Assembly: GCA_918797485.1 (NCBI GenBank)
Contig: CAKKNE010000002.1
Span: 62,001 to 126,000 of the forward strand
Length of the DNA stretch: 64,000 bases
Origin: Pelagomonas calceolata
Lineage: Eukaryota
Direction: 5' to 3'
Shown: positions 1 to 11,800 of the stretch, piece by piece
How positions within the stretch are numbered: position 1 is the stretch's first letter
How the letters are laid out: every line of letters begins with the position of its first letter
Notes under the pieces: generated by a model
Told to the model about the DNA's origin: nothing
The model's database searches: none
The model's input: the letters and a program-made list of their open reading frames with translations, nothing else
Program-made: the position numbers and the translations under genes

Positions 1-572
1 AGCGAACTTGCCCGTGTGCCGGAGAGCAGCATGACAGTATCATCTGTTGCGCTGCCACAGACGTGGACCATCGTGGAGCCGTAGCGCGTTGAGATTTGAC
101 GATGCTCGCAGTGGCTCAGTCGCGCCTCAACAAATCCATCATATATATCGAGGTATTGCTTCCACTCGGCGCCAGTATGCCACGGTATTTTTGATATCAA
201 CAGCGGTGTCAACAGTTTAAACACAGTGTATTGATCTACGGTCGCCATTGCAACGACAATCCCAGCAGCAAAGTAATAAAGATGCTTGAGTGACAATGGG
301 CGCGTATTTGACTTATGACTTTCACGTTTCTTATAGTAATTGCCGCTACCGACAAGAGCATATTTAGCACAGTCAATGATCAACTTTGGAATCCGCACCA
401 TGCGGTCGAGCACGGTGCCGAGACCGCCAAGGTAGTGGCAATAAGTAGTTTGTGGCAAAGTGGTGCCCCTTCGCGTGGTCTCGGAGGCGCAGCTATTGCC
501 GGAGCTCTGGGAAATTTCGGATTCCGAGGCGACTCGTGAGGCCGCCTCCATCTTTTTGGAGCGAGGGGCCAT
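1..572 (-). CDS. Alpha/beta-hydrolase-like protein with shared N-terminal leader (3' end runs off the window)
   Basis: Manual translation from ATG at 572 is open to position 1: MAPRSKKMEAASRVASES...TTYCHYLGGLGTVLDRMVRIPKLIID..., a hydrophobic stretch (LYYFAAGIVVAMA), then ISTRYGSTMVHVCGSATDDTVMLLSGTRASS, resembling the first strands of alpha/beta hydrolases. Not in the ORF track because it has no stop in the window. Confidence 0.55.
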   Translation of the reverse strand, partial: MAPRSKKMEAASRVASESEISQSSGNSCASETTRRGTTLPQTTYCHYLGGLGTVLDRMVRIPKLIIDCAKYALVGSGNYYKKRESHKSNTRPLSLKHLYYFAAGIVVAMATVDQYTVFKLLTPLLISKIPWHTGAEWKQYLDIYDGFVEARLSHCEHRQISTRYGSTMVHVCGSATDDTVMLLSGTRASS

Positions 573-770
573 GATTTGATGGTGGTTGCAATGCTGCGGC
601 CGGTGCTGGCAACGCGGAAAACCTGGAGGCGCGGCTTAGTGGCGCTGCGCGGCGTCGCGCGTGGCGAAACTCGACAAGTCTACTTCCGAGCCGAGCTTGG
701 GTTCCTCGAGGGGACTCCATTGTTCCCTTGTTGGATACCTACGGTACCTACGGTACCGTAGGTACCTGCT
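372..770 (-). repeat. Copy 1 of shared promoter/5'-leader cassette
   Basis: Aligns with 3403-3830 and, inverted, with 50530-50880 (shared caatggagtccc(c)tcgagga..ccaagc..ggctcggaagtagactt and YC(H/Q)YLG.L...L.R..RIPKL). Confidence 0.85.
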
Positions 771-1760
771 ATGATATGGCCACAGGCTCGCTGCAAGATA
801 CTTTCTTATACTTGCTCGTGTCCCATAGCGCTCCGATTGTGAGAGCGCAGGACAAAGGAGCAAGAATTTTTGGAGTGGGGGTTGGTTGTGTTGCTATTAG
901 GTTGTTGAACTTCTTTGATGGCTGAGCAGCCCCAGGATACGTGGCCCATATCATAGCATTCACTAGACCTATTTTATCCGGGTATTCAAGTAACTAGGAT
1001 ACTAGTGAAGCTAAGATAAAAGTTGGGAGATTTATGCCAGTGAGTGGAAACTTGAAGAGGCCGTTACCACTGCCACAACGGACGCCAACCCCGTATCTCA
1101 GTAGCAGTATCTGGCCACCGCCTCTCACTCCGAGTCCTAACTATTATCATGATCATCCTGGGTCACTTTTATTGACGGACGTATTTCCGGTCGCAAACCC
1201 CATCAAACATGGGAGAAACTATTTCGTTAGGCGACTACACTACCGTGACGCTGCTGCCGGGGAAGACCGGAATTACACACTCTATTTCCGAGTCCCCCGG
1301 GCCCTGCATCGCAGAACAGGAACAGCCACGGGCCCACCTGGACGCCCGCATGCAGCTGCTCTGGTGCATAACAGTTCACCAGCAACGTGGGCAAAGTCTT
1401 CTTAGTATGATTACCTACGATTACCTAGTAGCAAGCTTCGGAAAAACACCAGTCGCAAGGCTGGGCCGCTGCCGCCGGACGTCACCGAGCATAACTTATT
1501 TTTAGCAATGGTGGCGCACTCATGATTAGCCTGCTCGGAGCTGGCCCGGATTACAGCGTGATGCTCTGTGTTGACAATTCTACAGATGTAGCTACGATGT
1601 GGCCCAGTACATGCATGGTCGATTGAGTGATTGTCACCGCTTTTTGATTTACTCACTCACTACTACTCATATGTTAGCTGTTTGTAAGATACTTCGAGTA
1701 ATGATGGGAACTTGGACTTTACGCTCTGCCGCATGCGTATTCGAGAAAAAGCTCCTGTCG

Positions 1761-3602
1761 CTAGATACGAGAAAGGTACGCATCCAGTCTCTGTTCGTAC
1801 TCTTGGTAACTTCCTGGAAATAAAGAAAAGTTCCGACCGGTGCCATTTGTGTACCATGATTTGCATGCAGTCAATTCTATTGGACTCTTTTCTACAATCC
1901 ACTTTGAGAATTCGTCGTACCAAGCGTCCGGAATAGAGGCCTGCTTGTTCAGTAACTTTACTATGGCACGCGATTGTATTTCCATGGCGAGCGTGATTGA
2001 TTGTGCTTTGCTGCCGGTGTTCGGTCCGACTAGGAAAAAACAATCCGGCAAATTCTTAATGCAAATACCAAAGAAGTTCTTGTAAATATCGACCTCCAGA
2101 CCCATGGAGGCGAAGCGGGGAGAAAGGTCTGTGTCAAACCCTGTAGCCATAATGACAAAATCATAGAAATGTGACTGGCCATTGATTTCTACGGTAGCAC
2201 CATTTTTGCCTTCCTTCACGCTCGCAACTCGACCTTTTACATATTTCACAGATGCTGGATTATGATATACCGTGTTGAAGAAGTCATAATCCATTATTGT
2301 ACGGGTGCCTTGCACGGAGTGTGTCGGAATCAATGAATCGAGACCTGTCATTTGGTAGCAAGCTCTCGTGTATTTTGACAGAATTTCAAGGCCAGTGCCA
2401 GTTTGCATACTCTCAGCAAAATTTGCGCCATTTTTTTTGCTCCATGCGCGTAGTATGATCGAGCCCAGGGGCAAAAATTGCATGAGAAAGTCCAAAAGAG
2501 GCTTGACGGGGTTCTCTATGGACGTACCGGGCCCAAACCACTGGCCCCGGGGTGCACACAACGTCACAGATCTGGCGCCAAATTGTTTCATGAGGGGACC
2601 AACCATCTGTGTCCCCGAACATGCCGCTCCAACGATAAACACATTTTTACCTTTCAGAGATCGGCTATGGGCCTCGGTCATCGCCGATGCGTGAATAACG
2701 TGCTGGGATTCGGAGCTAATCATCTTCGGGATGGTGAGTGGTCCCATCGCAAATATAACATAGTCGTAATGTTCATGATAACCACAAGCAGACGATGTAC
2801 TTTTCAACAAAACGTCGTACCCTCCGGCTGTCTGCTGAGTAAGTTTTTGTACTTCGCAGTTGAAGCGCGTTAGCCTTTCCAGACCGGCATATCTGGCAAA
2901 TGCCTGAGCGTACCATCTTGAAGTGCTACGCAGGCTGTAGCTGTGTGCGCAACAACGCAAGCGAAAATGAACAAACCATTTTGAAAACAAGTAAGATGAT
3001 GTTGCAACGTCACTCTTACACCCAGGATAATCGTTTGCATTCCACGTGCCGCCGTAGGCAGATGTCTTTTCTACGATTGTTGGCGTGTATCCATTCGCTA
3101 GTAATTCCACCGCACATCTGATGCCAGAGAGTCCGCCACCCACAATCAAAATTTTTTCTGCGTGCTGCTTGGAGCGACGCAGCGGAAACATAAGCATGTT
3201 TAGAAATACTATCGAGTGATGTGCTACAACGAAGTACAGCAACCACAACCATGGCACACCAAAGTACATGACGCTAGCGAACAAAAAACTCATCCATAGG
3301 AGGTGTGGAACCATTGAGATGAAGCCAGCTATTGTTCTAATTATTAAGACTTTTTGACGAGGCCCAGGCTTGAGCATTACATCGCTCATTGATTTGGCGC
3401 TATCGATGAGCAGTTTCGGAATGCGCGCCACGCGATCGAGCTTGGTGACGAGACTGCCCAGGTACTGGCAATAAGTAGTTTCGGGCGACGTGGTCTCCTT
3501 CCGCGTGGTCTTGGAGGTGTTATTGACGGAGCTCGGGGTCGGCGCGACGAATTCCGTTGCGACTTGCGAGGCCGTCCCCATCTTTTTGGAGCGCGGGACC
3601 AT
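1761..3602 (-). CDS. Membrane-anchored flavin-dependent (Baeyer-Villiger/FMO-type) monooxygenase
   Basis: Intronless ORF, first ATG at 3602. FAD motif IVGGGLSG, GGTWNANDYPGCKSD, second dinucleotide motif IVGAACSG and ATGF. Hydrophobic N-terminal helices follow the shared leader. Confidence 0.9.
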   Translation of the reverse strand: MVPRSKKMGTASQVATEFVAPTPSSVNNTSKTTRKETTSPETTYCQYLGSLVTKLDRVARIPKLLIDSAKSMSDVMLKPGPRQKVLIIRTIAGFISMVPHLLWMSFLFASVMYFGVPWLWLLYFVVAHHSIVFLNMLMFPLRRSKQHAEKILIVGGGLSGIRCAVELLANGYTPTIVEKTSAYGGTWNANDYPGCKSDVATSSYLFSKWFVHFRLRCCAHSYSLRSTSRWYAQAFARYAGLERLTRFNCEVQKLTQQTAGGYDVLLKSTSSACGYHEHYDYVIFAMGPLTIPKMISSESQHVIHASAMTEAHSRSLKGKNVFIVGAACSGTQMVGPLMKQFGARSVTLCAPRGQWFGPGTSIENPVKPLLDFLMQFLPLGSIILRAWSKKNGANFAESMQTGTGLEILSKYTRACYQMTGLDSLIPTHSVQGTRTIMDYDFFNTVYHNPASVKYVKGRVASVKEGKNGATVEINGQSHFYDFVIMATGFDTDLSPRFASMGLEVDIYKNFFGICIKNLPDCFFLVGPNTGSKAQSITLAMEIQSRAIVKLLNKQASIPDAWYDEFSKWIVEKSPIELTACKSWYTNGTGRNFSLFPGSYQEYEQRLDAYLSRI

Positions 3603-3830
3603 GTTTGGTGGTGCCTGCAATGGTGCGGCCGGTGCGGGGAACGCGGAAACCCGCGGGCGTGGCGCAGTGGCGCTGCGCGGCGTCGCGCGTGTTGAAACTC
3701 GACAAGTCTACTTCCGAGCCGGGCTTGGTTCCTCGAGGGGACTCCATTGTGCCCTTGCTGATACAAGTCCTACCTTGGGTACTGGTACCTACTGCGGTAC
3801 GGTACAGTAACTTCGGTACCTACGGTACAC
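3403..3830 (-). repeat. Copy 2 of shared promoter/5'-leader cassette
   Basis: Near-colinear with 372-770, including the GGTACC-rich upstream tract. Confidence 0.85.
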
Positions 3831-4182
3831 ACGAGCGTACATCTATACTTATGAAGGGCTGTTGAGTCAACTGGGATACTAGTTGGCTTTTTTATAGGTA
3901 TCTGTCATAATGGTTACTTACCTTTCAAGTTCAAGTTGGCCTTCCAAACGCAGGGGCCGGGGCACATTACTACTGCCCTAGCTCAGGGTTATTGAAAGTA
4001 ATTGCTACCCCGCATATCGATTAAACAAGGAGGCGGCCGTTACATATTCGCATGGTCGATATACCATACCAACTTTCAGCCTGCCAGCACAGCTCACGTG
4101 CTCCGCCAGCAGTTTTACGCTACCGGTGCAAAAAGACATCACCGACAGCCAAAGCATTGCAACAGAACGCAAACCAAGCACC

Positions 4183-5430
4183 ATGCACAAGTTTAGGCGA
4201 GCAATGCTCGCCGTGCTGGCGCTGGCCTCAACAACAGCCCTCAACTCAAAACCAAAGCGGATCACGCCTCCAAAACTGCCGCGCCAGTGCGCTGCAGTTG
4301 TCGCTAGCCTCGCCATCGCGGCGGCGGCGCCGTTTCCCGCGTCGGCGGCGATGAGCGATCCCGCCGCCGTCGGGAGGTGCGTCGTCTCGCAGTGCACGGG
4401 CAAGCTGGCGCGATGCCTGACGTCGCCCAAGTGCGCCGCGAACCTGGTGTGCATCAACAGCTGCACGGGGCGCAAGGACGAGTCCGAGTGCCAGATCCGC
4501 TGCGGCGACCTCTTCGAGAACGAGGTCGTCGGCGACTTCAACGCGTGCGCGGTGTCGCAGAAGAAGTGCGTGCCGCAGCGCCAGGACGACGGCGCGTACC
4601 CCGAGCCGTCGCCGGAGGCGATCGTGAAAAAATTCGACACGCGAGTCTTCAACGGGCGGTGGTACATCTCGGCGGGCCTCAACGACGCGTTCGATACGTT
4701 CGACTGCCAGGTCCACTTCTTCAACGCGCCGACGCCGAAGACGCTCTACGGCCAGCTCAACTGGCGCATCACGGAGCCCGATGGCGAGTTCTTTACGCGC
4801 GACACGATACAGCGCTTTGTCGAGGACGAAAAGAGGCCGGGGATCCTCTACAACCACGACAACGAGTACCTCCACTATCAGGACGACTGGTACATTCTCG
4901 ATTACGAGGCTGGCAAGGGAAACGACGACTCGGACGCCTTTGTGCTCGTCTACTACCGCGGCCGGAACGACGCGTGGGACGGCTACGGCGGCGCGGTGCT
5001 CTACACGCGGACACCGAACTACTCGGCCGCCGTGAAGGAGCGGGCGACGGCGGCCTGCGACAAGGCGGGTCTTGGGTTTAAATTCGCGGACCTGAAGGCG
5101 CCGGACAACAGCTGCAGCGCCGAGTCGGCCTCGGAGCGGCTCCTCCTCCGCGAGAAATATGCATCAAAGGTCCTACTCACGGGCGAGCGCGCCCTCCAGG
5201 AGGAGGTGACCCAGGTCCGCCGCGCGGCGGCCTCGACCATCCAGGGCGACGTCAAGGTCGCGGCCAAGGCCGCGAAAAAGCTGGAAAAGCTCGTCGCCGA
5301 CTTCGAGGCGACAGCCGCGGCCGACGCGCGGGCCCTCGAGAAGGAGATCGTCATGGACGTCGTGAACATCGAGAAGGAGGTCGAGCGGGACGTGTTTGGT
5401 TTGCGGCGGTCGTCCGACGCGCCGCGATAG
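4183..5430 (+). CDS. VDE: Violaxanthin de-epoxidase (plastid/thylakoid-lumen targeted)
   Basis: Cys-rich N-domain (CAANLVCINSC..DESECQIRCGDLFEN), lipocalin core (FNGRWYISAGLNDAFDTFDCQVH; YYRGRNDAWDGYGGAVLYTR), Glu-rich C-terminus, and a signal peptide plus lumen-type ASA cleavage motif. Confidence 0.95.
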   Translation: MHKFRRAMLAVLALASTTALNSKPKRITPPKLPRQCAAVVASLAIAAAAPFPASAAMSDPAAVGRCVVSQCTGKLARCLTSPKCAANLVCINSCTGRKDESECQIRCGDLFENEVVGDFNACAVSQKKCVPQRQDDGAYPEPSPEAIVKKFDTRVFNGRWYISAGLNDAFDTFDCQVHFFNAPTPKTLYGQLNWRITEPDGEFFTRDTIQRFVEDEKRPGILYNHDNEYLHYQDDWYILDYEAGKGNDDSDAFVLVYYRGRNDAWDGYGGAVLYTRTPNYSAAVKERATAACDKAGLGFKFADLKAPDNSCSAESASERLLLREKYASKVLLTGERALQEEVTQVRRAAASTIQGDVKVAAKAAKKLEKLVADFEATAAADARALEKEIVMDVVNIEKEVERDVFGLRRSSDAPR

Positions 5431-5805
5431 GGTTGTGTTTTTTTGTGGGAAGGGTAAGTTTGTGACTGACAACTAAATTTAGAATGTGTCGCCGCGGTGA
5501 CGGACGGGATAGCTAGGCTGCAACCTTAATCAGCAAGTTAAGGTGGCCGCAGCCGCTTTTACGTCAGATAGCTTGAATTCGGCCCAGCCCAATATATCTA
5601 ATCAAGTTTTTTCTAAATATAACTATATTTAATTTCATACTCTTCGCAACTCAAGGACAAGGGTTGTGTCTAAATGCAAGTCGCAAAAGACTACTATTTT
5701 ACCCCCCCTTCGATATAACATTATAACAACCATCTTGGTTTGAAGGCCACTTCCAAAAGAGCGCAAAACACAAAGAAAAAACCGGCACTGCCCCCCTGGC
5801 CTACG

Positions 5806-8800
5806 ATGGAGCCAGAGGCCGCACAGGACAGCGACGCGCCCGTCGCGCGCTGTCCGGACGCGCCCATCGAATCGACGGCGCCGCTGTAGTTGCCCTTACG
5901 CTGGCCGCTCGGCCAGTTCCCGCCGGGACGTCAAGTAGTTTCGGCGCCCTTTGAAGGCGACGTAAAAGCCTTATAGTTAATTATTAATGTGGACAAAGAA
6001 GCCAAGAATCCTGACTCCGAAGACGGACTGTGCGCGATTGAAAGTATGGCAAAGAATTTTATATTTCACGCGCGAAATTCCAGTCTATGCCTGTCGCAAA
6101 TAAATGACAGGAATAACGTTGAATTTTAGGAGCTTCCCTGGTCGTGGGAAATATTGGAGCCAAGCTCTCAAGCACCTCGCAAAGGATTGACAATCAAGAA
6201 CGAAACAAATGGTGACCTGCTTCACGACGAAATATTCCTAAATATATGGACTGAATTCTTCGCCGACGTGCCGCCGGTCGACGCTCCGTTGCTAACCACC
6301 GGACTCAATTCCGCGCAACTGCCAATGCTTGCAGTCCGTCTTAGTCAAACTTTTTCGGTCAATGTATCGAGTATGTTCCTACTGGAGCACCCGACGATTC
6401 GCCAAATAGCGAACGCGTTGGAAGATCTACTCTCAGATTCGCCCAAGACATCTGATGCTCCGCATGTCTCTGTTGCGCAGACAGAGTCTCAAAAGAATGT
6501 ATCTCTGGGAAATATCGTATTTCACGCGCCTGGTTCGATGCGGACACCGGCCAGTTTTCGGTTCTCGGTAGAACGCGGCTTGAATTTTGGCTCGCGCGTG
6601 CCGCTGAATCGATGGGACGTGTCGAATACAACTCGCGCCTCGGCGACGTACGGAAACTTTGCCGAGGATATACTCACTCTCCCGCACGGCGATTGGAAGA
6701 TGTCCAAGTCTGAACTACGAAATGTGAATCCGGTACAACTGCTCTTGCTCGAGGCATCACATTCTATGTTTGCTGGACGTCACAAAGCTGACAAAAACGT
6801 GGGCATATTCGTTGGACTCTTCACGAGCTTGCTGACGCCCGGTAGTTCTACCGCCGCCCCGTCGCGGGAACCGCTCGGCATCTACGAAGGCACCGCCAAC
6901 TCTACGTCGATAGCTTCTGGCCGTATCTCGTACGTGCTGGGCTTTACGGGTCCGTGTCTCCCTGTCGATACAGCATGTTCCGCGTCGCTAGTGGCGACTC
7001 ATTTGGCCGCGACCTCACTGCGGCAAAACGAGTGCAGCAGCGCGGGCGTCGTGGCGGGCGGCATTCTCGAAACAGGCTTGCACGCCGCATTTAGCACAGC
7101 TGGTATGCTCTCCGAAACTGGACGATGTCATTCCTTCGATGGTCGTGCGGATGGATATTCCCGCGGCGAGGGTTGCGTGGGCTTCGTGTGCGATACGTCT
7201 GAAGACGGCCCATCGTTAAGAGGCAGTGCTGTCAAGCAAGACGGACCAAGCGCGAGTCTGACAGCACCGAATGGTGCCTCTCAGCGGATGCTCCTTCAGA
7301 GAGTTTCTGAAAGCATAGGAGCCGGGCACGACGTAGTAGCTCTCGAAGCTCACGGCACTGGCACAACGCTCGGAGACCCGGTCGAAATTGGCGCAGCGAG
7401 TGCCGCACTTCGTGGCTCAACAGTCGCGTGCACGTCGATCAAAGGGAACATTGGGCATCTCGAGGCGGCCGCCGCAGTCATCGGTTTGAATTCGTTGCTC
7501 CTATTTCCTCTGTCTTCTATGTTGAATGCTCCTCTCTGCACCTTGCGAAGTATCAATTCGCATCTCAAGTCTCTGAACTTGAACGCGTTTTACTTCTTGA
7601 CAGGACTGGCAAACTTATAGACCTCGGCAAAGAGTCCGGCAAGTTGTGGGCGATTGAGCTCGTTTGGTTATAGCGGAACTATTGCGCACGGGGCACTCGA
7701 AACTTGCAGGTCGGAGTGTAGGACATTTATTCGATCGGCCAAGTCGCTCTACCGTAGCAGGCACATTGTCGCTCCGCGAGCTGAAGTGCCAACGCGGCTG
7801 ACTTGGCTCGCAGAAAAACCGAATAATTTCAGTTCCCCGGTCAATGACACGGTAGTCTTTTCAGGAGTACTCACACCGTCGGCCGAACTGCTCTTCTCGG
7901 ACCACGTCGTCGGGGGAAACATCCTTTTCCCGGGCGTCGGGTACGTGGAAGTGGCGTTCGCCGCTAATCTCGATCGAGCTTCGGTTCTGACTGCTGCCGC
8001 ATTTGTGAGGCCATGCATGCTGCCAAACCCTCGCTTACGAACCTCGAAGCGGTGCGAGTTGCGATGTACGCGACGGGAGACGGGAGGTATTGAGATAGCT
8101 AGTCGGGTCACGGGCTCATCCACAGAAACCAGTTTTGCCTCATGCTTTGTTGGAACTCTCGCGAGCTGTGATGATGCCTCTGGGGTCAAAGCAGCTGCAA
8201 ATCCCTTCATGAAGAGGGAATACGTTGCTTTGGCCAACCAGGATATTGATGCATCTCCTTCTACATGCGCCTCGCTATCAGATGCAGTGCGCTCGTTACT
8301 GCCCTGCTGGCTTCAATGCTCAAAGCTCTCTGAGATCACCAACTTGATAGGCTCGAAGCAGGTTGTTTCTATGTGCGCATCAATGGTCAAGGGGTCTAAT
8401 TGGTGTCGCGGTGGGAGAGCTATCGTTGAGAAGCTCTTGATGCGTTTGGGACTAACCGATTCTGGATCTCGTTCAACGCAGCAGAACAGCAAGTCTCAAG
8501 CATACTTGGACAAACGCAGGGCATTACGACTTTGCAATCCTCTGCAGTCACACGCTTTACCATAGTGGAGCACGAACCCGGCTAATCCACCCCCGATTTG
8601 CAGAAACGGTTTGACACGGAGGTCCACGTGCTTCCAAGATATTGCTCTCACGAGGCCGGGACGGTCAAGACCTTTGGAGCCGCGTTCCATCAACAATGAT
8701 TTCCAACGCAAATAGAACATAGTACGAACTATTTCCGATCACAAATCAGCTGTCCAAATCTAGCGTACTCGTTCGCGTGACAGCCTACTCCAAGAGCTGA

Positions 8801-11800
8801 CCCGCATTGCCTCAGATATCATCGGCACAAAAGTCCCTATTGACTCTCCCTTGATGTCTGTTGGCCTCGACTCTATTGCTGTAACGGATTTTTCGACGCG
8901 AGTGAGTGAACATCTAGACCAGGAGCTTCCTTAGACTCTTGTCTTTGACCACCCGACGCTGCGGTCGATTGCTGACGCTCTGCTAATAAATGATGGCGAG
9001 CCGTAGCCTGTAATGGAAAATATCGAGCCAGTCGCCGTTTAGCAGAGGAGGGAAGCATCTATGGTATCCCACAGAACCATGCAAAATGCGTCTGCCGTCA
9101 TTGACACTACCTCAGCGGCGGTATTGGAGGTTTTAGGGACCAAAGTCACGGTAGATACGCCCCTCATGTCGGCAGGGCTAGATTCAATCGCAGTGACCGA
9201 TTTGGTGAACGTGCTATCTAAGCGTTTTGAGATAGAATTGCCGCCGACGCTCCTGTTCGACCATCCGACAATCGGATCTGTGGCGACTCATATTACCACA
9301 TTATTACCGATGGAAATATCAAAAGAGTCCGTGGTCGAAACGCGAGAAGGAACTTTGACTCCAGCCATAGCAGGCGCAATAGTGGCTCATCCGGCTGCTC
9401 CGCAAGATCAAGTATTCCTTTCATCGCATCGAATGCGCTTTACGTTACCAGGCGCATGTTGTGATGCACTTGGGCTCAGAGAACTTGGTCTTCGAGCGTG
9501 GTCAACTAACTCTCACTGGCCTATCTCACGTTTAGCGGGAATTGAAAGTCCAACGTCGACAGCTGCCTACGGGTCCTTCCTGGCACCCGATGCGTTTGCG
9601 TCGGACGCGGCGTTCTTCGGAATTTCCAGGACGGAGGCTCGGGCTATGGATCCGATGGCGATGCTGGTGCTCGAGACTACCTACGGTGCACTCAGCTCTA
9701 CCTCTCGCGCCGACCTCGCAAACAAGCCTATTGGTTTTTTCCTTGGGTCGTGTGGATGGACAGGAGGTCAAGAAAATGCGTCAAAAATTCCGAAGGCAAC
9801 GTCGGTGTATTCAGGGACCTCCGGCGCGCTGTCCGTGCTGTCCGGTCGCCTCTCGTACACGCTGGGCCTGACGGGCCCGTGCCAGACGACCGACACGGCC
9901 TGCTCGTCGTCGCTGGTTGCCGCGCACCAGGCGGTCTCGGCCCTGAAGCTCGGCGAGAGCCCGGCGGCGGCGGTCGCGGGCGTCGGCGTGCTGACAGTGT
10001 CGGTGTCGGTGGCGTTCTCGGCAGCGGGCATGCTCTCGGCGCTCGGGCGCTGCCACACGTTCGACCGGCGCGCCGACGGGTACTGTAGGGGCGAAGGCTG
10101 CGGGGCGTTCTACTTCTCGACCGAAGCCGACGACGTCGCGGTGTCCGGGACGGCGGTGCAGCAGGACGGGCCGAGCGCGAGCCTCACGGCGCCGAACGGC
10201 ACGTCGCAGCAGCGGCTCATCGAAGCGGTCAAGGCTGGAAGTGGACCATCGCTGGAGGCTCACGGCACGGGCACGGCGCTCGGGGACCCAATCGAGGTAT
10301 GTGCTTACTTCTTATTTCTCTGATAATTTTTGCGTCATTGTAGGTGGGCGCTGCGACGCGGGCGTTGTGCAAGTCGACAGAACATGGTGCCGCAGTGATC
10401 CAGTGCACGTCGCTGAAGTCGAACGTGGGCCACCTGGAGCCGGCGGCAGCGGCAGCGGGCCTGGCGTCGCTTGTTGTGGGGCCGCTGATGGATTCGGTTG
10501 TTGCTGTTAACGCGCAATTGCGCGGGTACGTCTCCTGTGTTTTTTACATAGTTGTCGCTCACATTCTTATGTAGGCTGAACGCGCACCTGTCGTCTATCG
10601 TGTCGTCGAAGCCGTTCCAGATGCCTGTTGACGTAGCTCCACGTACCACAGCTCTCAGCGGTTCGCGACTGAGCTCGTTTGGATTTAGTGGAACCATCGC
10701 CCACGGCGCGTTCAAGCTCGGAAGACAACGCGTATCAATGAGCAATGATTCGAAGTCGCTCTACCGTGGTCGCCGATTTATCACCTCTAGCGAGACGACA
10801 CGGCTGGACTGGCTGCTCGAAGCGCCTGGGCCGCAGGAGCCTCGACCGGACGAGGCCCGTCGTGTTCGGGGCGCTGTCGCCCTCGGCGGAAGCCCTCTTC
10901 TCGCATCACGTTGTCGGTGACACGATTATATTGCCGGGCGTCGGGTACGTCGAGATGGCGTTCGCCGCCAGCTCCAGTCGAGCGCTCACGCCGCGCGTTC
11001 CTGAGGCCGTGCGTGCTGCCCGAGCCTGGTCGAGGCGAGAAGTGCGTGCTGCGATGTACGCGGCGTAGTGGCGCATTGGAGATTGCGAGCGCGAGAGGCA
11101 CTGATTCATCTAGCTTTGCCCGACCGCCGGGACACTCGCGCATAATATTATTGAGAGTGGCGGTCACGCAGAGACAGTAATAGGTCGGAGCTTCAAAGCC
11201 CGTAAGGAATGGTCCATCAAAGCACAGTCTTCACGACGCAATTCGGCGGTGCTGCAAGCTACTTTTGGCCCCAGACCCTATTGCTCGAATTGTCATCGCG
11301 ATCGGGCGGCACCGCGTGGACGTTCGGCGCCAGGAAATTCCTATGCAGTGCCAGCAGGCAATTAAGCCGCAGCACAAGTCTGGCAAATGTATCTGACTAC
11401 CGCAACGTCTTGTGTCAAGCGCGACAGCAATTGTGCAAATCTCTGCGCGGTACAATACTACCGAGGTCGCGCCTGCTTGCGTCTCGCGCACAGAACAACA
11501 AGTGGATTTATTCTTGCAATACCAGCGGTCTTAGACTTGCACAAGTAGAGGCCTCCAGCTTCCGAGAAATGCTCCTGGTTACGGTCGGACCGTCCAAGCC
11601 CCTGTCTGCTGGAAGAGTCCCGCAGCCTACACCGAGCAAACTGCAGAGCAACCTAAGGCTCAAGGAGCCAGCCGCAGCCAAGGGCGGCGCTCGCTCGCAA
11701 AAGGCCCTGCTAGAGGAACTCACCGCCATGGCCGCCGAGGTCACCGGCACAACTATTTCCGCCGATGCGCCCCTTATGTCTGCTGGGCTCGACTCCATCG

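Noticed and set aside
1034..1656. Short ORFs between the hydrolase and the monooxygenase
   Set aside because: No recognisable motifs, and TAR readthrough of the 1209 ORF soon hits TGA.
5515..5555. Hairpin ggctgc-aaccttaa...ttaaggt-ggcc-gcagcc as a tRNA (possible suppressor) or readthrough element
   Set aside because: No cloverleaf, T-loop or anticodon arm; I found no tRNA gene by eye anywhere in the window.
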